From Eukaryota sp. GEM-RC1 (Eukaryota), in NCBI GenBank assembly GCA_040285855.1, contig JAUFOQ010000016.1, forward strand, positions 2,356,001-2,420,000: a DNA stretch of 64,000 nt, in the 5' to 3' direction. The notes below the pieces were generated by a model. The model did no database searches. It was given only the letters and a program-made list of their open reading frames with translations, and was not told the origin of the DNA. Positions 25,963 to 37,411 of this stretch are shown here, in pieces; positions within the stretch are counted from its first letter, which is position 1; the number at the start of each line of letters is the position of its first letter. The translations under genes were made by a program, and so were the position numbers.

Positions 25963-26449
25963 TATAGCAGCAATGAGAGGAAATTCTGAACCGGTGATAT
26001 TCTCATTTCTGCGTGCGAAACCTCTCAATCAACAAACACTCTCTGTACGTGAATGTAGGCCACCTTGAATCTGTTTGTAATGCTCAAACTCCAACCAGTT
26101 ATCTACATTCCTTCGTTTTGGTCATAAAGGTCTTCCATCCTTTTCGGTAATGTTAAACCGAAATGCTGAACTGTTGTTCCCTACAGTTTCATTAGTAGTT
26201 GAAGTCTGTTTTAAGAAAATCATGAATGACATTGAACACTAAAATGCTAAAGCTATGGTTGAATAATTGGTTAAGCTGTATCAGATCAAATTGAATCTAA
26301 TCAAAATTGAAGTAGGGTCCGAATGGTTGCAATATCCACACAAAGTATTTAGAAATACGGGGTTTTTAACGCTTATTGCTAAAACTTTTTGTGACTAATG
26401 TCATCGTCATGTAAAATTTGATATTTCAGTCAGATATAAGTTACACTGA

Positions 26450-27100
26450 ACAACCTAAACCCTTTGGCTTACACTTGAAGAATTATGTATGGATGTAGAA
26501 AGTGCTTCTTCGACTTTGATTACTTCGATGTGGTTTGCTTAATAATTCAATATGTGTTTACGACAACAGTTCTACAGACACTCTTCGACATGTTGTAAAT
26601 TGAAACCAATTTGTAGAATGAAATGATCTGTTCTATAGAGCGTGATGTCACTTATGAAATGTTCAAATATTACAATTGTGGTTATGAAATTTAACCGCTT
26701 CTGAAACAGTATAGTGATAACAGCGTTCTTCTTTCTCGTTGTGGTGATCAAATTGATCCTATCTTTGATTAGTTGTACAGTTTAAACGTTTGTAAAAGTC
26801 TACAAGGACTGTATTTTGAATGATTCTAATGATTTATGTCGAAGAGGCTGAACATCGTAAGCGCTCTAATTATACTGATTATTTGATGAAAATTAATGAA
26901 AGTTAGTATTCTGAATTTTCGTTTGTTCCATTTGCAATTTCAATTTTGTTTATATTTTTTAGTGATTTCCAATCTGTTTTATCGTTCAAATGGAAAGGTT
27001 GTTTATGGTTCTGTATGGATTTATCGTATTGTGTTTGCGCTTTACAGCAGTATTCCGAACTATTTAAGTGACGTGCTCAAAATAGCAGATACTGTAGCAA
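26450..27100 (+). mobile_element. Decayed RLE retrotransposon fragment (second subfamily)
   Basis: Colinear with 46020-46500 (minus) and 45527-45853; many stop codons. Confidence 0.75.
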
Positions 27101-27125
27101 CTTAATTTTATATAATTGAAATATT

Positions 27126-28593
27126 CTACAGACAAAATCGGGTCTTCTTCAATGGTGGTTGATTTTTCATGTTTTGATGAATGGGTTCTCGAATAACAGA
27201 TACTTTCATTCTATCACCCACTGTAGGAACTTGACTCTCGGTTTCATCGATCTGAACAAGTCCAGAGTTTGTAGTATAAGTAGGTTCTGGTATTGGCTCT
27301 TGATCAACTGCAATTGGAGGAGATTTGTCAAATTCCATACACTTTTCTTGACTTTCAAAACTAATTCCCAGCAATTTAGCATCATCTACAGAAACAGGGA
27401 AAATCTGTTCAGCAAAAGCATACTTTTGGTAATTCCATGGCCGTTAGTTTTCAAGTATCCAATTTGCACCAATTCATCCAACACCTTTCTGATTTCTGGA
27501 CTCGAAGCCTTTATATGTGTTTTAATTTGACCAATTTTAACACATCGTGAGGACAGCACGTGATTTCGAATAATTTGAAACAAATCTTCCTCTTCTTCTG
27601 ATGGTAGAACCGATTCAACTTCTTTGTTTTCAACGTGTTCTGGCTCTTGAGTAACAGCTTCTGGCTCCTGAGTAACTTCTTCAGGTTCTTCCTGAGATGA
27701 AATCTGTTCATTTGGTAATTCTTCTGGTTCTTTCTGGGACTTGTATGTAACTTCTGGTGATGTGTCTTCTGTAGTTTCAGACAACTGGTCCATTGGTTTT
27801 CCATTGTGAATCAATGATACTTCTTCACCTTCCTCATTTTGAGCTTTGAAACTTTCCAATCGGTCAATGTTATCAATGGCAGTTTTGATCTTGAGACCTA
27901 ATGAATGGTAAGGAGTAGTAACTGAGCCTATCTCTAATTTAAGAGGTTTGCTGACGTAATTGAAGGCTTCATCAAAGGTGGCACTTCTGAAGAACACTGG
28001 TTCATAATCAGCTGGAGTGACGTCATCAAAGTAGAAGAGTTTCATGACAATAAAGCGTTCATTTGGGATAGGTGTTAATGTTTGGGCCAAAGTTATCAAG
28101 GTACGCAACATTGTTGTTGTGCTTTTTCTTACGGCTTCTCGGTCGACAGGCAGTGACTTTGAATCATTGGAACCATTGGTTTGTTGGGTAACCCCTAAAC
28201 GAACATTATTTCCATCATAGGCTATGCGAAATGTGTAAGATTCTATTAGAGTAGATTCTTGTTTAGGATCAAGGTATATTCCAAAGACGATTTCCCTCAG
28301 CTAGAGTTAATAAATCTTCATGGAAGACATACGTATTTCTTTTGAAGGGCTTCGAACACTCCCAGTTCAAGCCAAGAGACAATGGTTTTGGCTTCAGGAC
28401 TTGATGATAGTAAACTTTTGATTGTCAGTCCAGCAAGTGGACGATCTTCAAAACAATCTTCAGGGAACAGGTTTCTTAAGTAGCAAACGCTTGAAATAGC
28501 AGTTCTCATCAAGTTTCGAACAAGAGTGAGACTTTGTGCAGCAGTGACAGTCTCTGAAGACGTGGATGAACGAACAGCTTGTGCAGTAGGCAT
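27126..28593 (-). CDS. HOP1: Meiotic HORMA-domain protein HOP1/ASY1/HORMAD; one intron plus a frame break near 27420
   Basis: AISSVCYLRNLFPEDCF, WLELGVFEALQKKY|LREIVFGIY...ESYTFRIAY, MKLFYFDDVTPADYEP; winged-helix-like segment; C-terminal KVSVIREPIHQ closure-motif-like peptide. Confidence 0.93.
28301..28332 (-). other. 32-nt spliceosomal intron in HOP1
   Basis: GTATGT...TTATTAACTCTAG; removal restores KKYLREIVFGIY. Confidence 0.93.
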
Positions 28594-28846
28594 TCTAAGA
28601 AGGGGTTAAATTATGCAGGCAAAAATTAGTTCTTCCTTTTCTGCAATCTCCACCTAACTTATCACTCTGACGTTACGAAAATCTGCGTTGATAGATGTGG
28701 TTCATGTTATGTAGGTTTCTGTTGATTGAAACAGTGAGATATGAAATATTGACACACTCATATACAGAAGTTTTATCCATACAAATAGAATACAAAACCA
28801 ACAGAACTACACCCACACAAAAATTCACTATCAAAACAACCTAAAG

Positions 28847-30296
28847 CTACCTAGAAATCTCACTAAAACACGTCATCATTTCTAGTTCTTCAAATTCTTC
28901 ATCATCCAGTTCAATCACGTATTCCCTCTCTTCCTTTTCCTTCACTATCCCATCAAGTAAGGATCTATAGGGAGAAATTGAACCAGAATCCAACTGAAGA
29001 GTTAATGTGTCTTTGGTGAGGTCTTTCGGTGGACTATTAATACGATGATGTTGCAGAATATCCTCAACATCAAAATATTGAATTTTGGCCTTTTCTTTTT
29101 TGGAATTCGACTCATTTACAGTGTCAGTCGTAACACTTGATCCATTTCTTTGCTTTACTCGAGCTTTCCCCAGGTTGTACAGCCTAGAACTGGTAGAATC
29201 TGCTCTTTTCGCAAGCTCCTTTGCCTTAACTTTATCACTTGCTGCTTTCGTTTTGTCTTTCTCTTGAACTGAGCTATCCAATTGATCCACCTTCTTCTTT
29301 GTCAGCCTATCAATCACTGATTGATTCTTGGACTTGATCTGCACCATTCGTGCTGATTTAGCTGTGATTTTCGGTTTGAACATTGATTCTTGTTCTTGCT
29401 CAGCCATACTCCGCTTCTTTTCCTCCAATGCTTTCGTTTTACTCTTCCCCCACTCTAGTCTAGCTTCATTTCCTCTGGTTAAGTGCTTTGCCATTCGACT
29501 AAGTTTAGGACCACGGATTTCCTTCTGTTCTTCTTCTTCATCTTTTTGTTTTTGGGCTAGATATTTCTCTCTCTTTTCTTTTTAACATTTGTGCTGAAGA
29601 ACGTTCAATTAAGGAAGTTCTTTTTTGAGCTAGTTTTTCAGAAATCTTGTTAATTCGGGGAGAACTCGAATAAATCTGTTTTTTCCTCTCTTCTGCTTCT
29701 CTTTTTAAATTTTCAATCTTTTCTTTTCTCTCAGCTTCTGCTTGCTTCATCCGTATAAGCACCTGCCCAAACTCCTCCTTTGACACCTTCTTCGAAACTT
29801 GTGAGGGAGTAGACTCAGGATCTGGCAGTGATTCAGGAGATCCTTTGAGAGAACAAGAACGTTTGGAGGTACATGTATGGGAATTCAAACGATGTACGTG
29901 AGTTCGAGGGGGAGAAGAAGAAGGAGAAGGTGAAGAGGAACCCAGGAGAGGTTTTGCCACGTAGACAGTCTGGCTAGAAGGTGGTGGTTCAGAGTGGATG
30001 TATGGGAAGTTTGAGAGATGGTGAATAGATGGCGAATCGTCTGAGAGTTGTTCAGGAGAAACTGATGATGATTCATGAATCTGAGAACCCGGCGGAGAGT
30101 TGTTGGACTCAGGAATTTCATTAAAGTCTGAAAGTACAGTGGCTATTTCGGATGTTAATGAGTCTAGAAGGGCGTCAGGATTATAGTAAGAAGGAGAGTA
30201 AGAAGGGGAAGTATTCTCTATCATTCTGCCAGTCACAGATTTAGCGTTATCAAACGCAAGTTTGGAGATCTGACTCGAAAAGCAACCAGAGGGCAT
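28847..30296 (-). CDS. S/P-rich, coiled-coil protein with xPKI-type repeats (possible cytoskeletal protein); frameshift near 29575
   Basis: ORFs 29538-30344 and 28847-29494. Repeated SPRINKISEKLA / GPKLSRMAKHL / FKPKITAKSARM motifs following charged helices. Confidence 0.6.
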
Positions 30297-30743
30297 TTTT
30301 GGTAGATAGAAATTTGAGATTCGAAGTGAAGATTTGGTCTGCATGTACTAAAATTTGAACCGTGTTCCAGCATTATACAAGCAATATATAATACAACAGT
30401 ATAGCTAGAGGTTCTAGGAAGACAACCACACAACAGACCTAGACATGTACGGAAAACACAACAATTTTATTAAAACAAATACTTACACATATCAAGGACT
30501 AGTCTAATTGTACTCCACTTTTGCAAATTGACAACTCTGTCGAATCGCTAGTACCAATTACGAAATCCACAAAATCAGAATATCTAGAAAATGAGTTGTG
30601 GTACTCGACCGGGAGCGTTTTTGTGAAGTCCATCAACGACGCATTTCGTAGCACTGCTGTACTTTGTTACAAAACGGAATCATGTTATAAATACGAAAAG
30701 GAACATATAATAAAATGATCAAATGTGTTATTTCTCATCTTGG

Positions 30744-30879
30744 TAACCTCTTCTGCAAATTAATGGCTCGAAAAAACGAGGTTTCGCTGAAATTGGGCGA
30801 CGAAAAATTCTGGCGAAATGGTGAGATGTGGGTGAAAAAACGCCACTTCTTTCAGGCCAATATTTTGCGGAAGAAGTTA
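30744..30879. mobile_element. Small MITE
   Basis: Imperfect TIR TAACCTCTTCTGCAAATTAATGGC ... GCCAATATTTTGCGGAAGAAGTTA. Confidence 0.55.
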
Positions 30880-31047
30880 TGTACTGTATAGACATTGCAG
30901 AATTGTAGAAGTCTGATTATATTAGGGTAATGTTGTAGTTCGCTTTTTTCGAAGATGTGATCCTCTTAGCCAGTGTAGTTGCATTGGCTGTAGCTACTTC
31001 GGTCTATGTATATCAAAAACAACAACAATTATTTATATGGAAATAAA

Positions 31048-31485
31048 TCAGACTTGTGAGGTATCTATCCAAAAGACAAATGCATCGTTGACACGTCCCC
31101 ATTTACACTCAGTTGAGTGTTCTTGGAAGGAAATGGTACATTGCAGGTCTACAAACTTGCCATGTTCATCAGTGTGAAAATCGATCTTTACACTTTCTTT
31201 TGGAGGTCCAGCAAAGTACCGTGTTTGCCAGAGCAGAGACAACTTTCCACATGACTTGATGACGAACTTGGACTCTACGCCATGAGAAATAGTGCGTGGT
31301 TCAGACCACCATTCGACTAAGGTTAATGAGGACGTTTAGAGTTTCATACCTGTACCATCGATGTCGAACCAACGATAATGTAAAGCGTACCAAGAATTCA
31401 TGTTTTTAACAACAAGGGTATGCCAAGGAAGATCACTAGCAGCGGCGTAGACACACACAAGGAGGAACAGAGCAGCGATACGCAT
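31048..31485 (-). CDS. Small secreted beta-rich protein, two exons
   Basis: Signal peptide MRIAALFLLVCVYAAA. Intron removal gives DGTVEWWSEPR..., in frame with ORF 31048-31242. Confidence 0.75.
31317..31349 (-). other. 33-nt spliceosomal intron
   Basis: GTATGA...CATTAACCTTAG; contains an in-frame stop and its removal joins two ORFs. Confidence 0.88.
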
Positions 31486-32248
31486 CACGAAAGAAGAGAA
31501 AACTTGATTTTGCCTGTGCTGATTTGACTTGCTTTCTATATTGCCCACACAACCAGACTTGTAAAATACGTTCTGTATCGGTTCTTACATGCACTGATGG
31601 TACCAATACAAGCAGCCCCTACAGTGTTTTCGAATATGACATGATCCCATATCCATAATCTCATTCCATAAGGATGGAACGTCAAATTCAATTATGGATA
31701 TCCGTCCCTTAATGGGGCCTTATGTGGAGGTCCAGAATTTCTACATTTCAAGAAACAAACTGTGATGAAACAGCGGTGATTAATATGTGTAAACATTGTA
31801 TTGCACGGTTTTGTGTTCTGTAAAACTTAAGAGTATCTTGTGTGACAATAACTGGTAGTTGCGATATTAGTTGATGAAGAAATTCCGAGCATATCTCACT
31901 GTTTGCATACATTGACTGTATTTATCAAATATAACAGACATTAAAGTTCAACACATGTTTGCGTACTATCAATTCTGGTGATGGGGAAATAGCTTCTAAG
32001 TTTTGAATTGTTTCATAGATTAAATTTTGATGTTTAATTAATGTATTCAGTAACACCAGTAATTCACAAGATTAATTTAAAGTGGAAAACACCATCCCAC
32101 AGACCTCTCAGACAGTATATTTAACTGTACTTTTTAACACGATTTGAAACAATCTAGAAACAGTAATTAAATGGAAACATTGATTGTTTTTATCAAAAGA
32201 AGAAGACAACACTAAATATATACAACAAAGGAGTGTTTACAAGCACAA

Positions 32249-33795
32249 TCAACACTTAATCCGACCATTAGAAATTCGATTGATGTGGTCCGTAGTATCA
32301 CTATCGATCTTATTAGCGTATAGAACAATCTTAGAAATTGAAGAATTGACTTTCAACACATCAGCTAGTGCTATAGCACCTTCAGTACCAACAGCATTTG
32401 ATTGTAGGTTAAGATCGGTAAGTGAAGAGTTTTCCTTTAACGCTTCAGCAAATGCTATAGCACCTTCAGGACCAATAGAGTTTGACCATAAATTAAGTTC
32501 AGTAAGGGAAGAATTTTCCTTTAACGCTTCAGCAAAAGCTAAACCTCCATCAACACCGATACAGTTATCCTCTAGAAGAATTCTAGTAACAGTGGAATTA
32601 ACTTTCAATGCGTCAGCCAAAGCAATGGCACCTTCATCATCGATAGCGTTAAATCGTAAATTAATGACAGACACTGTAGAATTCACTTTTAATGCTTCAG
32701 CCAAGGCTACAGCACCTTCAATGTCAATAGCGGTTCGCTGTAAGTCAAGATGAGTAATGGACGAATTCACTTTCAGAGCCTGGGCAAATGCTATGGTCTG
32801 ACATCTTCGAAAGAATTTTCTCGGAAATTAACTGCAGTTATTGTAGAATTCACTTTGAACGCATCAGCAAACAGAACAGCACCTTCGCTATCAATATAAG
32901 TGTCCGTTAAATCAATGCTAGTAATCGAGTCATTCACTTTCAAAGCGTCAGATAACTCCTGATGAAGAGAGGGATCAACACAAGCATCTAAATGTTTAAG
33001 ATGCTTAAAGAAACAAGGAGATGATTTGTTCAAGAATTCCAAATCTTCGAGACGTTCTAATCTCACACGTAACCTTGAAATAATGAGGGCGTGAACACGG
33101 AAATGTTCAACTTCAAAGGAATCGTAAACGAACAAGGAAACATATCGAACTGTTGCTCCAAAAGAGAAGCAATGGAAAGCAGACGGGAAAGTTGGTGAGA
33201 AACTGCAGGAAATGTGTTTATCTCGAAAAATGTCTTTAATGCTAATTGAGAACAATTAAAGAAGTGCTGACTAACATAACCAACTTTGTTGAGGAATGTA
33301 GGAAGTTTGCTCATTGTGTGACGTAGAAGACGTCTGCGAATATCAATAGACTTTATTTCAAGAGAAGATTTGGCGAGACGTCCGAGTAAATGATGATGTA
33401 TCAACACTACAAGAGTAGGCTGCAATCTGATAGAAGTGGTAGTTGGTTCAGTGTGACTAACGTTGTAATCCCCAATAGAAGAACCGTTTTGCATTGGGAA
33501 AAAGTACATTGTATCACTTTCTTCTCTCTTGCGATAGTGGTCGATTTCAATCATGATTTTCAAACTAGATACTTGGAGACTTCTCTGACTGAGTATGGAC
33601 CATTTGAAGATAAACACCTTGTGATCGAGTTCTGGAATTGGATTGTTGTTAACTCAACTAAATGTAGACAAGGTTTTACCAGTGTAGAATCAAGGCCAGA
33701 TGACACAGATACACTGTAGTAGCTTTCAATACATGATATGACTATATGTAGAAACTGTAGTACTCTTTTCAAAGAAAGACAAATACTCCTGCCAT
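32249..33795 (-). CDS. RNI-like (NLRC3-type) 28-aa leucine-rich-repeat protein; several frameshifts, possibly a pseudogene
   Basis: Repeats of GAxALAEALKxNSxxTxLxLxxNxI in ORFs 32249-32770 and 32791-33255. The upstream N-terminal part is broken. Confidence 0.8.
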
Positions 33796-33869
33796 AAGCA
33801 TATCAAACGAGTGATAGCACGGTGTTTTTGCAAAAAAAGCGGTGGATTGGCGTGTTGTTTTTGCAAAAA

Positions 33870-34440
33870 TGATTGCATTCTGCAATACATTATTGCAATA
33901 ATGTATTGGAAGGTAAGTACCTTATAGCAATAATGTATTGCACAGTATGAAGTATTGTAATTATTTATTGCATAATTGTATCTATCTTAAAGCAAATAAA
34001 CTAACATGTCAATTCAATAACATTACAAATTTTTCCTTTAATAAAACTGAGTTTAAAAACTCCAAAGGAACAAAATGACTAATTTGTAAGAAAAATCAAA
34101 ATCAATAGAAGACAGTCTTATGCTAACTTGAACTGTCAACAAAGACAATCTTTTGTCCATTCACCATTGACAGGAATAGCTCAGCTTCAAGTCTTTCATG
34201 ACTAAGAGCCATTCGTGATAATCATTTTGTTATTTTAACACGACTGAACAACCTTTCAACAACATTAGAAGTAACAGGGACCCACTTTACGTCGATTTTA
34301 GTTGTCTGCTCGTATTTTTGTACTTTCACAACTATTGATTGTTATATTTTCAGTATTGGAATAACACATTGTAGAAACATTGTGTATTGTAATAATGTAT
34401 TGCAGAATCTTCGTGTATTGTAATAGTGTATTGTGAATCA
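33870..34440. mobile_element. Decayed MITE with ATTGCAATA/TGTATTG subterminal repeats
   Basis: TCTGCAATACATTATT near the left end is mirrored by AATAATGTATTGCAGA near the right end. Confidence 0.5.
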
Positions 34441-34564
34441 GTTTTTAGTTGCAATATATCTTTGAAAATCCCTTCTGATGACTTGAACTGTCTTTTCAGA
34501 TAGAATTTGTGATCACACAACTTTTTGCCTGCTACTTGTTTATCAAACCTCCTTTTTGGCTGTG

Positions 34565-35239
34565 ATGCCGTCAATACACTCAGATACTGATCCATTTGAT
34601 CGTAGTTCTGTGATTCATTTCCCTGATACTGATGTCTTCCCTAAAGTTGGTTCCTCTCATTCGCAGTCATCCACTTCCACAGACGATGTCAGTGATTCAT
34701 TTACATTGGGTGTTTTGTCAACACCACCGCACAAATCATCGAATAATCTAGTAACAAGTTGGGTTGATGGACAGAATATGTTCTCTCCTGAAACCAAGCT
34801 TCCCACTCCTCCAAAAACCCACTTCCTTCCCACTTCATCATCCAACCCAGCCACTGTCAAATCCAGCCAGTCCGATCCACTCACGACGACTCTGGCTACA
34901 CAGACACCCCTATCTATATCCCCTTCATACGATCTTCTCCTCAATCCCTCCATGGTGTCTGTTGGCGATTTAACTGAAGGATCTAGAGTCTTCAACACAA
35001 ACTTCAACACTTCCTCCACCAGACGGTCCCTAGTCTTCTCTCCTTCCAAGTCCCGTTATTCCCCTGGTTCCAGAGGATCAATCAAAAGTGATTGGTCTCC
35101 TAGGACTAGCTCTCCGATAATGAATCCTTTTGTCATGCGTATAGATTCTGAATCCAGTGGACTGGAGACTGAATGGTTATGTATGTCTAAGATAATCACC
35201 AAGTTATCGGCATCTCCAAAGACTTTTTCTTATGATTGA
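34565..35239 (+). CDS. Ser/Pro/Thr-rich disordered protein, unknown function (3' end possibly disrupted)
   Basis: About 225-codon ORF with coding-like composition. Confidence 0.5.
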   Translation: MPSIHSDTDPFDRSSVIHFPDTDVFPKVGSSHSQSSTSTDDVSDSFTLGVLSTPPHKSSNNLVTSWVDGQNMFSPETKLPTPPKTHFLPTSSSNPATVKSSQSDPLTTTLATQTPLSISPSYDLLLNPSMVSVGDLTEGSRVFNTNFNTSSTRRSLVFSPSKSRYSPGSRGSIKSDWSPRTSSPIMNPFVMRIDSESSGLETEWLCMSKIITKLSASPKTFSYD

Positions 35240-35304
35240 AGTGTAGACGTCATGGGCAGATGACCCTGTGGCTGACTCTACTCTTGGTCTCGGAAAATCA
35301 CCGC

Positions 35305-36190
35305 CACAACTCTTGGTAAACGTGGTCTGAAACATGTAATGCTCAGCTCTACACGTTACACTGATGACGTGATGAAGTTCCGGGAGAAGGACTTCATTCA
35401 CATCCTTCAAGACAAGGAGATCCAGGAGAGTTCACCACTTATCGAATGATGGGATGTCGTGTGAAGGATTAAGTACAATACAATCAAGAATTGGTGTTTT
35501 ATTAGTGAAAAAACACACAAACTACTGAGCGTATAATGGGTGAAAGTAGTTGAGAAGTAGGAGAGATTCTATGGTTTCAAGGTCTACATGCGTAGATTGT
35601 TTTGAAATTATAGGTTTGTCCCTGACTGTATTCAATCCTTGTAGTTTTATAATGAATTGTAATCGTGGTACTGTATCCATTTACTGTATTTGAATGCAAT
35701 ATTTTTCTAAGTGATCTTAATATCTCAGGAAAATTCTGTTTCCTGTCATGTGTTCTCACGTTATCTCAATAATTTCAATACGTACAGCTATTCTTTTTCA
35801 AACAGCTGATTTCTATGTATGTATTAGTACTGTATCGAAATCAATAGGTGTAGTATGTTTAGTACAGTCATGTTCCTGTAATTTCAACTCTATCGAACCT
35901 TGAAACTACATAATTCTTGAATTTATAGGATCTCTCATTCTTCTCAACTACTTTCACCCATTATACGCTCTATAGTCTCGATTTAACCTAATAAAACACC
36001 AAAATAACTCTGGAATATATAACTTCATTGTTCAAATTGACAGCGCATGATTCGATAAGTGTTCAACTCTGAGGGATCTCGTCGTTTTGATGGATGTCAA
36101 TGATGTCCTTCACAGTGGACTTCATCACGTCATCAACGTAACATGTAGAACTGTGTTAAGCATGTTGAGGACCACGTATAGTGAGAGTTG
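35305..36190. repeat. Diverged inverted duplication (about 35305-35583 vs 35897-36190)
   Basis: 31-bp perfect inverted match at 35527-35557 / 35940-35970. Flanking decayed paralogous peptides DVNEVLLPELHHVISVTCR (minus) and DVNDVLHSGLHHVINVTCR (plus). Confidence 0.8.
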
Positions 36191-36405
36191 CACAGTTAGT
36201 CACCTACAAAACTACCACATCAACGTAGAAGACGTTGGTGTTGTATAGTAATGTAGTTTGGGATGTAAGTGAGTGGAAGAAAACCACAGAGAATTTGTAC
36301 ATGGTCGCCACGAGGAAAGAATCCTGAGACGCTGAGTTTAACCAGAACTGTTGATTGTGTAATGCAAAATGAACGTAAGAGTGAACTATTAAGAAGAGTG
36401 ACGCA

Positions 36406-36645
36406 ATGTACATGGAAGAACCTCTACCTGATAATGATAGTACTTGGGGTCAAGGACGCGTGGTTCCTGACGAGTCAAGCTTTGTCTATTATGATGACGT
36501 TCTGGTACCAATTGGAGCACCAGTGAGCCCTGAGAAGAAGAAGCATTTGGTATTGAATTATGATGAGTTCATTGTTTATGATACAGATCAAGTGCTGTTG
36601 AGATATGTTGTTAGAGTTAAGTTTGATAAAAGAAAGAGGCGGTAG
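36406..36645 (+). pseudogene. PARP catalytic-domain C-terminal fragment
   Basis: TWGQGRVVPD...VLVPIG...LNYDEFIVYDTDQVLLRYVVRVKF matches the PARP1/2 C-terminus, including the catalytic E. The rest of the domain is not recognisable upstream. Confidence 0.8.
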
Positions 36646-36959
36646 ATGCATCAAGATGTACTGTACTGTAGTTTTAATTCATGATTATTTATTTGTATGT
36701 TAAATTATAGTATGTAACCCTTTGTTGATTTAAATTCCAGTATGTAGGTTGTCTAAGTTACAGTCAATGTGCGCAAAATCTTTGGCACATACGGTACGGA
36801 TCAGTACGTACCGATTTATTGTATCCGTACCGATATCATTTGATTTTATAAAAAACATATTTATGAATGATCAAAATGGATTTACAAATACTGTACTATT
36901 TTTTGAGTGGAGGTTTCTTTCACTTGTCAAACGAAGAAGTACTAACGGAAGTACAAACG

Positions 36960-37250
36960 TATCATCAAACAAACTAGTTGTTTCTAAAAGGGAAACTATT
37001 CCATAAGACAAACACAAACAATATAATTGATCCCTTACTGAATGATGAACCTTTCTTCTAAGAGAGAATACACTGTTACAATTCAATAAATGTGTAAGTG
37101 TTACAGATTGCCAACATTGGCATTTCAAATTATGTGGAAGGTTATCATGCCAAATATGTGACCGTAAACTCATGTTTAATGACCAAGAGTTATCATCAAG
37201 AAAAAGACCATAAACTTGAGGGATTCGAGTAATATTAGAGTTAAACTCTG
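36960..37250 (-). mobile_element. RLE retrotransposon fragment (zinc-knuckle region)
   Basis: PQVYGLFLDDNSWSLNMSLR...KCQC...LTHLLNC...VHHSVRDQL. Confidence 0.75.
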
Positions 37251-37411
37251 CTAGTTGATAATCAACAATTTCCCCCCACAATAACACTTCACGTAGCATT
37301 TGGTGGATATCATTTATGAAGAAGATGTACGTGAGAGTTGCAGAAAGTAGTGAGCTATTTGAGGAAAGAAGGATCATGAAGATTTGTTCTGCATGAGCCA
37401 GTCATGTCAAC

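Noticed and set aside
25975..25992. GAGGAAATTCTGA resembling RNase P/MRP conserved region I
   Set aside because: No matching CR-V/P4 partner was found downstream.
32184..32753. Plus-strand 189-aa ORF and similar antisense ORFs (e.g. 8032-8457, 22236-22568, 42196-42435)
   Set aside because: These are shadows of repetitive coding sequence on the opposite strand.
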